In this document: positions 63,565 through 64,000 of the stretch, piece after piece
How positions within the stretch are numbered: the first letter of the stretch is position 1
How the letters are laid out: each line of letters opens with the position of its first letter
Assembly: GCA_003427395.1 (NCBI GenBank)
Contig: BFEA01000004.1
Span: forward strand, 2,927,605 to 2,991,604
Source: Chara braunii
Lineage: Eukaryota > Plantae > Charophyceae
Length of the DNA: 64,000 nucleotides
Reading direction: 5' to 3'
Made by a program: the position numbers and the translations under genes
The notes under the pieces: model-generated
Seen by the model: the letters and a program-made list of their open reading frames with translations, nothing else
The model's database searches: none
What the model was told of the DNA's origin: nothing

Positions 63565-63880
63565 TAACCGTACCGCATAAATGTCCCAACACTACTCCAC
63601 GTACCCTGTCTCATCATCTCACCCAAACTTCATCCTTCCTCTATCCCCGCGGAATCCCCCAATCTGAAAACTATGCCCACTCTCACCATCATACACACCT
63701 GCCTCCCCAAACCATTTCTCTACTCGCTTCTTGAAAGCCCCACCACCCAACGCATTACCTCCCCGTCCACTCCGGAATAAATAACCACTTCTAATATCAA
63801 TTCTTACATTCTCGTACGCAAGAATCAACTCTGGAAGAATTCCTAAAAAAGTCTCGCCATCAGCACTGTAGCGGACCTCG
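63565..63880 (-). pseudogene. Tyrosine recombinase C-terminal catalytic fragment
   Basis: GYLFRS...KWFGEAGVYDGESGHSFQIGG (H-x-x-R box with R changed to Q), then after a frameshift EMMRQGTWSSVGTFMRY (W and catalytic Tyr box). Confidence 0.75.
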
Positions 63881-64000
63881 GGTTGGCCTGTGAGACCAGC
63901 CCCTTGGCCTGTTCTCACAGGCCTGTGTTATATTCGGGGTAGGCCAGTCCAGGCCGGTACCTCTGTCGGTACCAGCCAGTCCAGTCCAGTCCCGTCAGTC

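Larger units (their letters stand above)
60021..63880 (+). mobile_element. DIRS-type tyrosine-recombinase retrotransposon, decayed
   Basis: Pro/Gln-rich gag-like ORF, DIRS1-type RT/RNase H/methyltransferase, and YR remnant on the opposite strand. Termini not found. Confidence 0.85.

Overview
Eukaryotic, repeat-dominated genomic DNA with five sized assembly gaps. The TE families and microsatellite style resemble a streptophyte alga such as Chara (inference only). The left half is a tandem segmental duplication (unit A ~2590-14741, unit B ~14796-30960). Each unit carries a two-exon, probably secreted CAP/SCP-domain gene and a 5'-inverted tRNA-headed SINE. Unit A received a decayed Penelope-like retroelement (N-terminal GIY-YIG + RT, hammerhead motifs, 10-bp TSD). 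Unit B received a non-autonomous Ty3/gypsy-type LTR element and contains an embedded Nextera mate-pair adapter (assembly artefact). The middle (~32.3-53.3 kb) looks like a decayed hAT (DUF659-type) DNA transposon filled with nested inserts: a SINE in a palindrome array, a U2 snRNA 5' fragment, a 0.9-kb LTR-like piece, and an 8-kb non-coding TG...CA element with a 4-bp TSD. That 8-kb element holds the most unusual structure in the window: three LSU (25S/28S) rRNA-derived segments and an array of eight hairpins whose ~21-nt core is conserved while the stems differ and stay base-paired. The right end holds an orphan 381-codon ORF and a DIRS-type retroelement (RT-RNase H-methyltransferase) whose tyrosine recombinase remnant lies on the opposite strand. 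All calls were made by eye from motifs; no database searches or folding computations were run.
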